Below are positions 33,821 to 42,796 of a stretch of 64,000 nucleotides of DNA, in pieces. Made by a program: the position numbers and the translations under genes. Numbering within the stretch: position 1 is the first letter of the stretch; each line of letters starts with the position of its first letter. Location: sequence record MK327934.1. One strand, given 5' to 3'. Below the pieces are notes generated by a model that was given only the letters and a program-made list of their open reading frames with translations, made no database searches and was not told the origin of the DNA. This stretch comes from Escherichia phage vB_EcoM_G2469.

Positions 33821-34284
33821 AAAGAGTCTCTTAATAGGTTTAACACATCAATAAATTCAGCTTCGGTTAGTATTGTATCATCTTTTGTTAGGTGGCTAGC
33901 CATGCTGTGCTTCAAAATTTTTCCTTTAGAGGCTTGTAAGGCATCACGAAACCCCTTGTTTTGGATCGCGGCTTCAAAATATGCATTTGTGTATAATTCT
34001 TTCCACGCTTCGGAGTATCTTGAAAATGGAACTCCTAGCCAGAAGAGAGTCCCACGGTCCTGAGCTCTTGCATAAGACCTTCCAGCTTGCTGTGCAGCCA
34101 ATCCAGACAACCCAAATATACGTCTTTGTTGTTCAATATTTTTCACCTTACATCCTTGGAGAAATCCTTCAAGACCTCCGAATTGAATACCATCCATAAC
34201 AAAAGGCCATTGAGCAAAGTTACTTAATGCACATGACGGCCATTTGAAATTACTTCTTATTTCTAATTCAGACATCTTTAACAC
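33817..34284 (-). CDS. 30.3-like protein with YbiA/NADAR-like (DUF1768) motif
   Basis: 155 aa; LSNFAQWPFVMDGIQFGGLEGFLQGCKV resembles E. coli YbiA FSNFAAWPIKVDGKTWPTSEHYFQAQKF (recalled). Confidence 0.65.
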   Translation of the reverse strand: MLKMSELEIRSNFKWPSCALSNFAQWPFVMDGIQFGGLEGFLQGCKVKNIEQQRRIFGLSGLAAQQAGRSYARAQDRGTLFWLGVPFSRYSEAWKELYTNAYFEAAIQNKGFRDALQASKGKILKHSMASHLTKDDTILTEAEFIDVLNLLRDSL

Positions 34285-34486
34285 TTATAATTTCAACATC
34301 AGCCCAATGTCCGTATCCAGGTATACGGTCTTCGATAGATAAATTTCTGTCATTTTTAGGCATTTTAATTGACGTAACGTATGGTTCTAAACGGTTTTCC
34401 GCGTAATATGGAAAAACGTCGGTTACACGATAAGTAACTTCAATCATTTCCGTACCAAACAATTTCTGGATTAATTTATTCAACAT
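34268..34486 (-). CDS. hypothetical protein (30.x block)
   Basis: 72-aa ORF in an overlapping gene chain. Confidence 0.5.
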   Translation of the reverse strand: MLNKLIQKLFGTEMIEVTYRVTDVFPYYAENRLEPYVTSIKMPKNDRNLSIEDRIPGYGHWADVEIISVKDV

Positions 34487-34673
34487 GTTTCAACCCTTTA
34501 ATAGGAGATAACTCTTTACCCATACGTATGTCAGAAGTCCCATCAACCCATTGAACAGCATACGCTTCATTGATAATTCCAGCGGCAGTTTTAAATTCGT
34601 TGAGAACTTTAAAAATCATCCCAGGGATTCCAACACCTTTTAATTGGACTGTTTGTGCTATTAAAAATTTCAT
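34476..34673 (-). CDS. hypothetical protein (30.x block)
   Basis: 65-aa ORF with early-type promoter (TATAAT) upstream. Confidence 0.5.
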   Translation of the reverse strand: MKFLIAQTVQLKGVGIPGMIFKVLNEFKTAAGIINEAYAVQWVDGTSDIRMGKELSPIKGLKHVE

Positions 34674-34727
34674 ATTTTTCCACTTACTAAAGAAATCATT
34701 ATACTCTAATCCGTCCTTGGATGTACA

Positions 34728-35009
34728 CTACTTAATGAAATTAATTTCTACCGGATGAACAACAGGTTGAGCAGTGATATATTGAGTAATTGCTTTCATG
34801 ACTAGAGCTTCAGAACCAGGATTTTTCTCAACGAATTCACGTGCTAGGTTATGAGCTTCGAGTTCACTCAATAAACCGGAACGCTGGCATCCACGGTCTT
34901 GAGTACCCTGTTCAGATAAAAGGACTACTACATATTTTTCATCGTCGTAGGGCTTAGCCAGTTGAGCAAATGTTCCTTTACTTCCAAAAGGAGAGTTATG
35001 TCGCCACTT
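34728..35009 (-). other. roughly 93-codon open frame without ATG/GTG start, +1 relative to the upstream gene (possible frameshifted gene or non-canonical start)
   Basis: Hand translation of - strand: ...SPFGSKGTFAQLAKPYDDEKYVVVLLSEQGTQDRGCQRSGLLSELEAHNLAREFVEKNPGSEALVMKAITQYITAQPVVHPVEINFIK*; only internal TTG and a late ATG. Confidence 0.35.
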
Positions 35010-35343
35010 TCACGCCGTGAGGAGTTTCAACCTTCGTATATTCGTGCGGTCCATTTTTCTTAGTTTCTTGATGTGGAACTTCATAGACCTTAGGGTTAGG
35101 ACATTCAATAAAATGCTCATCTAAATCGGTCGAGAATATTAAAGTAAAACAATTACTGAATTTACCAACACCGGCCTGATAAATTTTACCTTCAGAAGTT
35201 CTAATTTCACAAACCGAGCCGGCATCAGTAACTTCTAAAACTTCAAAAGGCTCGATAAGGTCATATGAGAACATGTTTTTAAGGCGTGGAGTAATATCCC
35301 CATTTTTAAAATTCATTTTATAAAAAGTATTAACTTTAAACAT
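34996..35343 (-). CDS. hypothetical protein (30.x block)
   Basis: 115 aa from ATG with SD GAGGAA (ORF track began at an upstream TTG). Confidence 0.55.
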   Translation of the reverse strand: MFKVNTFYKMNFKNGDITPRLKNMFSYDLIEPFEVLEVTDAGSVCEIRTSEGKIYQAGVGKFSNCFTLIFSTDLDEHFIECPNPKVYEVPHQETKKNGPHEYTKVETPHGVKVAT

Positions 35344-35378
35344 AATTTCCTCAATGGGAGCCGAAGCTCCCAATTAAT

Positions 35379-35744
35379 TTAGATATCAAATTCGTTAAGA
35401 ACTACATCAAAGATTGCTTCGAGATGTTCAGGTTTAGCTCGGTTGCTCAGGATATGACGAATCCAAGTTTTAACCAGAAGTTTACGATTAACACCATTCC
35501 AGCAAGGATGAGTACCTAAATCACGCTGACGGAAATCATCATCTAATGCAATTTTAAAATTTGAACCTTCCATCGTGATTGAAACCGTGATACCATTTTC
35601 AAATCGCATATAAACGTAATTAGGAGTCATGCACTGTTCGATTTCACAAACTGTACCGTTTTCGTGTTTCCATAAGCAAATAACTTCAGAAGAACCAGCA
35701 ATACCATTAGAAACATATTTACGTTCGAAGTTGGTGTAGTTCAT
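35379..35744 (-). CDS. hypothetical protein (30.x block)
   Basis: 121-aa ORF downstream of a palindrome-containing early promoter. Confidence 0.55.
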   Translation of the reverse strand: MNYTNFERKYVSNGIAGSSEVICLWKHENGTVCEIEQCMTPNYVYMRFENGITVSITMEGSNFKIALDDDFRQRDLGTHPCWNGVNRKLLVKTWIRHILSNRAKPEHLEAIFDVVLNEFDI

Positions 35745-35785
35745 TTTATTCTCCAGATGTTTAAGTTGTTTGTTGGTACAGGTCT

Positions 35786-35814
35786 ATAATAACATAACCT
35801 GTACCAAAGTAAAC
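35786..35814 (-). promoter_or_regulatory. early promoter with -10 embedded in an 11-bp-arm inverted repeat
   Basis: - strand GTTTAC-N17-TATTAT; the -10 lies between palindrome arms TTGGTACAGGT and ACCTGTACCAA. Confidence 0.5.
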
Positions 35815-35818
35815 TGTT

Positions 35819-36187
35819 TTATGCAACTTTAATCCAATTGTCTAAATTTAAAACACCTTTGGCTTTCATTTTTTCGATCAGGTTATCTGCTGTAATGCGT
35901 CCATTTTGATACCATGTAACATCTTCAGAGTAACCAGTTTCTTCGTCAACATATGTTTCTGAACGAATTTTACCGGTAATAATAGTTTTTAATTCATATG
36001 TGTCACCTGTGAAAAAGTTTGCTAACACAATTTTCCAAGAGAAATCATCTGAAGGACCTTCAGGGGTCATACAACCTACGAACTCAAATTGCTCTTTGTA
36101 TAACATCCACTGGAATTCTTTAATTTCGATAGCTTTATAACCGTCGTGGTCTTTACATTTGATGTATGAGTTCAGATTGATTTTCAT
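35819..36187 (-). CDS. hypothetical protein (30.x block)
   Basis: 122-aa ORF with GTTTAC-N17-TACTAT promoter upstream. Confidence 0.55.
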   Translation of the reverse strand: MKINLNSYIKCKDHDGYKAIEIKEFQWMLYKEQFEFVGCMTPEGPSDDFSWKIVLANFFTGDTYELKTIITGKIRSETYVDEETGYSEDVTWYQNGRITADNLIEKMKAKGVLNLDNWIKVA

Positions 36188-36229
36188 TTTGTTCTCCGGT
36201 TTGTTTTATCGATTAGGTGGTACAAGTCT

Positions 36230-36258
36230 ATAGTAACACATCCTACAGGAGAGTAAAC
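36230..36258 (-). promoter_or_regulatory. early promoter (GTTTAC-N17-TACTAT)
   Basis: - strand GTTTACTCTCCTGTAGGATGTGTTACTATAG upstream of ORF 35819..36187. Confidence 0.55.
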
Positions 36259-36296
36259 ATCTTTTTTTAAACTTTTTCTGCCCTAAACGCACAAAA

Positions 36297-36314
36297 GGGA
36301 GACCGAAGTCTCCC
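36297..36314 (-). terminator. rho-independent terminator after the 59-aa basic ORF (UUCG loop on - strand)
   Basis: - strand GGGAGAC-UUCG-GUCUCCC followed by UUUUGUGCGUUU. Confidence 0.65.
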
Positions 36315-36319
36315 TAAAA

Positions 36320-36499
36320 TTATGCAACAACCTTTCCAAAACGAGAAGCATCATCTCGAAGAACTGCACGTGCTCTGCGCATGATCTTCTCAACTGTTTG
36401 ATTAATACGAGAGTTCGACCCACGCTTGTATCCAGCGCGTTTAGAGGTACCATCAACTTTCTTTTCAACTGCTTTCTTTGCTTTAGCTTGTTTTGCCAT
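36320..36499 (-). CDS. hypothetical small basic protein (59 aa)
   Basis: Hand-translated MAKQAKAKKAVEKKVDGTSKRAGYKRGSNSRINQTVEKIMRRARAVLRDDASRFGKVVA; followed by UUCG hairpin and T-run. Confidence 0.45.
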   Translation of the reverse strand: MAKQAKAKKAVEKKVDGTSKRAGYKRGSNSRINQTVEKIMRRARAVLRDDASRFGKVVA

Positions 36500-36762
36500 T
36501 ATAAATTCTCTTTAAATGAAAATGCAGGACTTATTGACATTGCCTGCGCAAGCCCTCAAGGGGAACATAGGTTTTGGATATTTAACGACAGGATAACCAT
36601 AAACCCGTCATCATACCAACCACGACTTAGACAGATAACCTTTTTCTGACGCGTGATAGTACAAAATACATTCAAGAGGTACACCGTAAAACTGCCGGGG
36701 ACTTAAAACTATAATGATTCGCAAATCATTAATCAGACAGTTCGACGGCTCCTCGATTTAAC

Positions 36763-37011
36763 TTACTTTAGGGTAATAACAAAATGACGTACTGCTTTAC
36801 GAGCTGCAGAAGCCAAAGGCTTAGCATATTTCAGTTCATCTTTTGCTTCCAGTTCAGAGGCCAAAGCTGCCTGGACCGGGTTCAGATGTTTGAAATATCG
36901 CAGGATTTCAAGAGCTTCGGCTTCAACATCGATAGATGCGCCATAGTTTTCGTGACCATTATTCCATGCGTTACGTTGCAGTTCAAGAGCGTGTTGTAAT
37001 TGTTTAATCAT
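36763..37011 (-). CDS. rIII: lysis inhibition accessory protein rIII
   Basis: 82 aa as in T4 rIII; position next to gene 31. Confidence 0.8.
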   Translation of the reverse strand: MIKQLQHALELQRNAWNNGHENYGASIDVEAEALEILRYFKHLNPVQAALASELEAKDELKYAKPLASAARKAVRHFVITLK

Positions 37012-37126
37012 TTTAAATTCTCAATTCGAGATAATATTTAGTAGCCACGTTCGTCTGAATTTCACCTTCTTTCGACAAGTCTCTCAGTTGTAGGCTACCG
37101 CTTAGAAGAGTGTTCTCTTCATATAG

Positions 37127-37134
37127 TTATTTAT
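37127..37134 (-). promoter_or_regulatory. late promoter (TATAAATA on - strand) upstream of rIII
   Basis: Reverse complement of plus TATTTATA in the 31-rIII intergenic region. Confidence 0.55.
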
Positions 37135-37135
37135 A

Positions 37136-37468
37136 TCACTTATAAAGACACGGAATAGCTTTATAATGGCATGTTACGAATTTCTGTTTAATTTCTTTAG
37201 GTTGTTTAAGTCCCAAAGCCACAAATGGATGTGGAACATTTCGAATTTGTCCAACTGGTAGTGGAGTCAAATCACCGACTTCAACAAAACCTTCAGGAAC
37301 ATCAGGACCTACAGAATGAACTACACATAGTTCAGGAACTTCACCTTGAACACGTTTACCAATCACAAGTCCTGATTCGGTAACTTCTTCATCACCTGCT
37401 TGAGCGGGTTCAGAAACCAGAATGACATATTCACCAACAGCACGAATTGGGAGTTGTACTTCAGACAT
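37136..37468 (-). CDS. 31: head assembly co-chaperonin gp31 (GroES-like)
   Basis: 110 aa; [34 protein letters not shown]...[15 protein letters not shown] matches T4 gp31. Confidence 0.95.
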   Translation of the reverse strand: MSEVQLPIRAVGEYVILVSEPAQAGDEEVTESGLVIGKRVQGEVPELCVVHSVGPDVPEGFVEVGDLTPLPVGQIRNVPHPFVALGLKQPKEIKQKFVTCHYKAIPCLYK

Positions 37469-37525
37469 CTTATTTCCTTGTTGTTTGACGATAGATTAAT
37501 AATACCATACTATTCGTAAAGCATA

Positions 37526-37834
37526 TTACATAAGAAGCAAACGTTCTACCGGAGTACCATCAACCGAAATTACTTTATCAAGGCGGAAAGAACGCCACTG
37601 ACCTAACTTGGTATCGAATGCTCGAACTGATTCACGAGGTTCAGAACGAACTTCTGTTGCCGGATTGTTATTTTCATATTTGACTTCAAGTTCATCGCGA
37701 GAAGCAAACATAGTGCGTACCTCACCGTTAGCCTTTTCAAATACAACACAATGAACGCCTACAGACAGAATAGTTTTAATACGTTCACGAAGAACCATAG
37801 TTTCTTGTTCAGTTAAAATCATATTATTCACCAC
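37526..37834 (-). CDS. hypothetical protein (31.1/31.2 position)
   Basis: 102-aa ORF between cd and 31. Confidence 0.55.
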   Translation of the reverse strand: MVNNMILTEQETMVLRERIKTILSVGVHCVVFEKANGEVRTMFASRDELEVKYENNNPATEVRSEPRESVRAFDTKLGQWRSFRLDKVISVDGTPVERLLLM

Positions 37835-38405
37835 AAAAGTTTCGGATTTGTTCCCAATTCAGAGAACGAAGATTATTACGAGAGTACTGAATTACTTCAA
37901 TGCCGGCTTGTTTTAGAATGTCTGCCCAATTTTCAGGAGATCTGTCATATAATTCTGCGTATACAACCTTTTTAATACCTGACTGCGTAATAGCTTTAGT
38001 GCAATCAGGACATGGAGAAAGCGTCGTATACAACGTAGCACCTTCAATAGAATTACCTTTACGAGCTGCAAACAAAATTGCATTCAATTCAGCATGGATT
38101 TCGTTATTAGCAGACCATGCACTATGAGCGGCCCGATGTTCTTTAGCCAAAACAAAATTATCCACCCGTCCAAATGCTGTAGTGCCTTCTTTATGCCCAG
38201 CAACGATGACCGGGCTTGGTTTATTCTTCAACCAACCGTTTTCGGATGCATGTTCGCAACAGTTTGTACCACCTGAAGGAGAGCCATTATACCCTGTAGA
38301 AATAATGCGTCCATCTTTTTCAATGACGGCGCCAACTTTCCATGAACAACATTTTGATTCTTGAGAAATCAGATAAGCAATCTGAAGATATGTGCTAGCT
38401 TTCAT
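37824..38405 (-). CDS. cd: dCMP deaminase
   Basis: 193 aa; zinc-binding motifs HAE and PCPDC; T4 cd length. Confidence 0.93.
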   Translation of the reverse strand: MKASTYLQIAYLISQESKCCSWKVGAVIEKDGRIISTGYNGSPSGGTNCCEHASENGWLKNKPSPVIVAGHKEGTTAFGRVDNFVLAKEHRAAHSAWSANNEIHAELNAILFAARKGNSIEGATLYTTLSPCPDCTKAITQSGIKKVVYAELYDRSPENWADILKQAGIEVIQYSRNNLRSLNWEQIRNFCGE

Positions 38406-39397
38406 TATTGAACCTTATTAATATAAGTTAACAGCTCTTTAGTTTGTTCCCAACTGATGCACGCATCGGTAATGGAAACGCCATAGGACATATTATCAGA
38501 AATTTTTTGATTTCCTTCATGTAGGAATGATTCTATCATAATTCCTTTGACCAAATCATTAGCTGCTAAATTTTTACCAATACCAATTTGATTGCTATAA
38601 TGCCCAGCAGCGTTTGCATGGCTACAGTCAACCATTACATAATGATTCATACCTACTGCACTTGCTTTGTTAGAAGCTTCTTGAATATCAGAAGAATGAT
38701 AGTTCGGGCCGTTGGTCCCGCCACGCAATACGATATGCGTATTCTGATTACCTTCAGCTTCAACAATGCCTACAGTACCATCGACGTCCATACCCATATA
38801 CCGATGAGGCCTGGCGGCACTATACATCGCGTCTGTAGCTACTTTAATAGAACCATTGGTTGCGTTCTTGAAGCCTACGCACATCGGTAGACCTGAAGCA
38901 ATTTCACGATGTGTCTGACTTTCAGTCGTACGGGCGCCAATAGCAACCCATGAGAAAATACCAGAAAGATACTTAATCGTGAATGGGTCTAATACTTCAG
39001 TTGCTAATGGAAGTCCCATACGTAGAAGTTTACGACACAATGTTCGTGCAACTATAAGACCGTGGTTCATATCAAAACTTCCGTCAAGATATGGATCATT
39101 TACAAGACCTTTCCAACCTACGGTAGTTCGAGGCTTTTCAAAATAAACGCGCATCACTAACAGAACATTAGGAAGACGAGTTTGAAGTTCAGCCAGACGT
39201 TTGCCGTATTCAACAGCAGCAATAGGGTCATGAATTGAACAAGGACCTACAACAATAAGTTTGCGTGGGTCTTCACCGTTCATAATCGAATTAACTTGTT
39301 CGCGATGAGAAGCCACTTGTGATGCGTAAGCTTCCGACAAAGGAATAATCTCAGCCAGTTCTTTTGGAGAAATAAGTTTTCTGACGACAGGTAACAT
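38405..39397 (-). CDS. 3-deoxy-D-arabino-heptulosonate 7-phosphate (DAHP) synthase, class I (AroG/AroF/AroH-like)
   Basis: 330 aa; blocks LIVVGPCSIHDP, VMRVYFEKPRTTVGWKGL.NDP, AIGARTTESQ.HRE.ASGL, GFKN.T.GSIKVA, IVLRGG, ESFLHEGNQ, GVSITDACI.WE align with E. coli AroG (recalled); stop overlaps cd start (TAATG). Confidence 0.9.
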   Translation of the reverse strand: MLPVVRKLISPKELAEIIPLSEAYASQVASHREQVNSIMNGEDPRKLIVVGPCSIHDPIAAVEYGKRLAELQTRLPNVLLVMRVYFEKPRTTVGWKGLVNDPYLDGSFDMNHGLIVARTLCRKLLRMGLPLATEVLDPFTIKYLSGIFSWVAIGARTTESQTHREIASGLPMCVGFKNATNGSIKVATDAMYSAARPHRYMGMDVDGTVGIVEAEGNQNTHIVLRGGTNGPNYHSSDIQEASNKASAVGMNHYVMVDCSHANAAGHYSNQIGIGKNLAANDLVKGIMIESFLHEGNQKISDNMSYGVSITDACISWEQTKELLTYINKVQ

Positions 39398-39517
39398 AAC
39401 AATCCTTAGGAGATATAAACAGATTCTGATTCAACAATACCTTTAACCGGATTAGACAGGCTAAGTTGGTAGTGCTCAGACTTATGACCATTCTCGATAG
39501 TAATGAGATAGCTCTCA

Positions 39518-39754
39518 TTATAGTGTTCCATATACTCGAGTTGCTTCAACAAGACCATCACTGCCTAATTTAAGATTAGTAATTTGGTCACCATCTTTAG
39601 GATTAACGATTATGAGAAAAGAACGTGGAGATTCTTGAATAACTCGTAATGTTGCATCTTGGAAACGTTCAGACACTTTATTGATGAGTGCTTGAGCAAA
39701 TTCTTTTACTTTAATCTGAAATTCGTGTACTGTAATTGGGTTTTCACTTAGCAT
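39518..39754 (-). CDS. hypothetical early protein
   Basis: 78-aa ORF with SD and early promoter upstream; a further 40-codon ORF overlaps its 3' end. Confidence 0.5.
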   Translation of the reverse strand: MLSENPITVHEFQIKVKEFAQALINKVSERFQDATLRVIQESPRSFLIIVNPKDGDQITNLKLGSDGLVEATRVYGTL

Positions 39755-39783
39755 TTCTATTTCCTCATTTGTTGGTAGAGTTA

Positions 39784-39811
39784 TAGTATCACAACTCCAC
39801 CATGTTGTAAA
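39784..39811 (-). promoter_or_regulatory. early promoter (GTTTAC-N16-TACTAT)
   Basis: Upstream of ORF 39518..39754. Confidence 0.5.
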
Positions 39812-39814
39812 CCA

Positions 39815-40090
39815 TTAAATTGCTTTGCATTCAATTTTTTGTGTACCGAAATTGATATCACATTGGATAACTAAATCGCCGTCAAGATCAAATACCACGA
39901 TGACGTGTGCAGATCCAGGGAGAAGAGTAATAGCAATAGAATCTACTTGGTCTGGGAGCAAAGCATTAAGTACATGAGTTACTTGAGCATGAACTCTGAG
40001 TTCGGCTGCATTATCAAGCACTTCAAACATATTATTAGCAATAATCTGACTGAAGACTACCTTTACAATTTCAGAATAAGTTGGGAACAT
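39815..40090 (-). CDS. hypothetical early protein
   Basis: 91-aa ORF in cd-pseT interval. Confidence 0.5.
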   Translation of the reverse strand: MFPTYSEIVKVVFSQIIANNMFEVLDNAAELRVHAQVTHVLNALLPDQVDSIAITLLPGSAHVIVVFDLDGDLVIQCDINFGTQKIECKAI

Positions 40091-40097
40091 AATTACC

Positions 40098-40322
40098 TCA
40101 GTGCACAGTATTTACTTTAACTCGAACAACAAATCGCTCGGTTGGTTCACCTACAGGAACAAACTCTACATGATATTCACCTTTGTAACGAGTATTCAGA
40201 TCATTACGAATTCCTGCTAGTTTGTTGATTAATGTAGGACTCATATTAAGTCCCACTAGTTTACGAAGCATTTTGTATGCTTCATCTTCGATTTCATGAT
40301 GTTTATCGTACATAGTTTTCAT
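40098..40322 (-). CDS. hypothetical early protein
   Basis: 74-aa ORF in cd-pseT interval. Confidence 0.5.
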   Translation of the reverse strand: MKTMYDKHHEIEDEAYKMLRKLVGLNMSPTLINKLAGIRNDLNTRYKGEYHVEFVPVGEPTERFVVRVKVNTVH

Positions 40323-40493
40323 TTAACCATTCAATTGCCTGGTCGACGTTATCAAATATACCACCGTCCAAACGTTCTTCATGCTCATAGTCCAGCACAT
40401 CAATACCGAACTGTCCATTTACTAAAGGCCAGGCTACAAACAAATATTCTTTATGCTGTTCGATGGCCTCAATAACTTCATATAATCGTTTCA

Positions 40494-40494
<1 letters not shown>
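40303..40494 (-). CDS. hypothetical early protein
   Basis: 63-aa acidic ORF directly downstream of pseT. Confidence 0.5.
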
Positions 40495-41580
<1,086 letters not shown>

Positions 41581-41581
<1 letters not shown>

Positions 41582-41880
41582 TATTTTATTCCTAAGAAAG
41601 TTTCAAGAATACGAATGTTATGCTCGCGCCGGTCTTTATTAATTTCAGCAACGTTTTTATTAATTGACGTACTTCTAACGTTTGAAGAAATAAATTTAAT
41701 CATATGACTTTTGAGTTGTTGCAAATCCAACCCTTTTTCTTTAGCAGCTTTACGAAGAGCTTTACCTGCTTCATCTAGTGCCTTTGCTGTATCTTTGTCA
41801 TAATTGACAAGTGTCATTCCACGACAGATATCAATATACTCATCAGACCGTTTGATGTAATTCTCTAGTAATGTTTTCAT
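41581..41880 (-). CDS. hypothetical protein
   Basis: 99-aa basic ORF with early promoter upstream. Confidence 0.55.
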
Positions 41881-41908
41881 TTAGATTTCCTCAATTATCC
41901 ATAGGAGC

Positions 41909-41938
41909 ATTATACTCTGCTCCCACGAGTTTGTAAAC
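41909..41938 (-). promoter_or_regulatory. early promoter (GTTTAC-N18-TATAAT)
   Basis: Upstream of ORF 41581..41880. Confidence 0.5.
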
Positions 41939-42162
41939 TATTTTACTAAAGATTCAATATACTCATGAAGAGCTTTAGTCGCTACTGCCCACTTATTCTG
42001 ATATTCATTTTTCAGATTAGCACGAGACTGAACTAACAAGCGGTCATTAGTTGGAGGCAAAGATTCTAATCGTTGAATCTGGCGCCCATAAATCATAGCC
42101 GCCATTTCAGATTCATAGATAAGCCCTTTAAGGTATTCATGTTGTTCTTTAGTCATTGACAT
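41938..42162 (-). CDS. hypothetical protein
   Basis: 74-aa ORF overlapping the upstream ORF by 10 nt. Confidence 0.5.
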   Translation of the reverse strand: MSMTKEQHEYLKGLIYESEMAAMIYGRQIQRLESLPPTNDRLLVQSRANLKNEYQNKWAVATKALHEYIESLVK

Positions 42163-42443
42163 TTTTCCTCTTTTAAACCACTACGATAATAACATAACAT
42201 AGTCTTCTGGTCATGTACATATCTTTTTACGTCGTTTAACCAGATACGAAATTCTTGAGAGTCTTCAAATGGCATTCCAACCCACGGATTACCATCAATA
42301 ACCTTTACTTGCCATTTCTGGTTATATTCAGCAATAGATTCAGGCCATGGCGGATGTAAAGTTTCTTTAGGGCTTAATGGTACATCCTGGGCACATCCAG
42401 CCAAAATGCCAATAGATAATACAACTGCGGTTAATTTAATCAT
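42153..42443 (-). CDS. outer-membrane spanin (o-spanin) lipoprotein, T4 pseT.2-type
   Basis: 96 aa; signal peptide with lipobox LAGC; 4-nt overlap with the preceding i-spanin ORF. Confidence 0.7.
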   Translation of the reverse strand: MIKLTAVVLSIGILAGCAQDVPLSPKETLHPPWPESIAEYNQKWQVKVIDGNPWVGMPFEDSQEFRIWLNDVKRYVHDQKTMLCYYRSGLKEEKCQ

Positions 42444-42796
42444 TCTGAGAGCTTCCTGAGGTCTTCTGCAAAGGAATCGAAGGACCTGTTGATTTGTTTT
42501 TCGACCAATCCCGGTTTACTCGCCACCACGTTCTTCTTCTTCGAATCCTTACGGAGCTTTTCATTTTCGGCCTTAAGTTGGTCAACTAAAACACGGTTCT
42601 TATAAGTCATTTCTTCGATTGACTGATATTGAACCTTGAAGTCGTCTAATACTTTAGCATTGTTTTTAGCAGTCTCTTTGACAGAAGCTAATTCAGTATT
42701 CAACGAATCAACTTTGTTGTTTAAGACAACTATTGTTACCGTAGAAACTAGAGCAAAAGCTGCTACTATAGCGTAAATAGGATTTACTTTAAGCAT
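42440..42796 (-). CDS. inner-membrane spanin (i-spanin), T4 pseT.3-type
   Basis: 118 aa; N-terminal TM helix (IYAIVAAFALVSTVTIVVL) followed by coiled-coil-like region. Confidence 0.7.
   Translation of the reverse strand: MLKVNPIYAIVAAFALVSTVTIVVLNNKVDSLNTELASVKETAKNNAKVLDDFKVQYQSIEEMTYKNRVLVDQLKAENEKLRKDSKKKNVVASKPGLVEKQINRSFDSFAEDLRKLSE

Noticed and set aside
36283-36468. 61-aa - strand ORF from the ORF track
   Set aside because: It would read through the terminator hairpin at 36297..36314; the overlapping 59-aa frame (36320..36499) ends just before the hairpin and is preferred
38405-39397. DAHP synthase as host DNA contamination or chimeric assembly
   Set aside because: The gene is on the phage early strand, overlaps the cd start codon by TAATG and is flanked on both sides by T4-type genes without discontinuity
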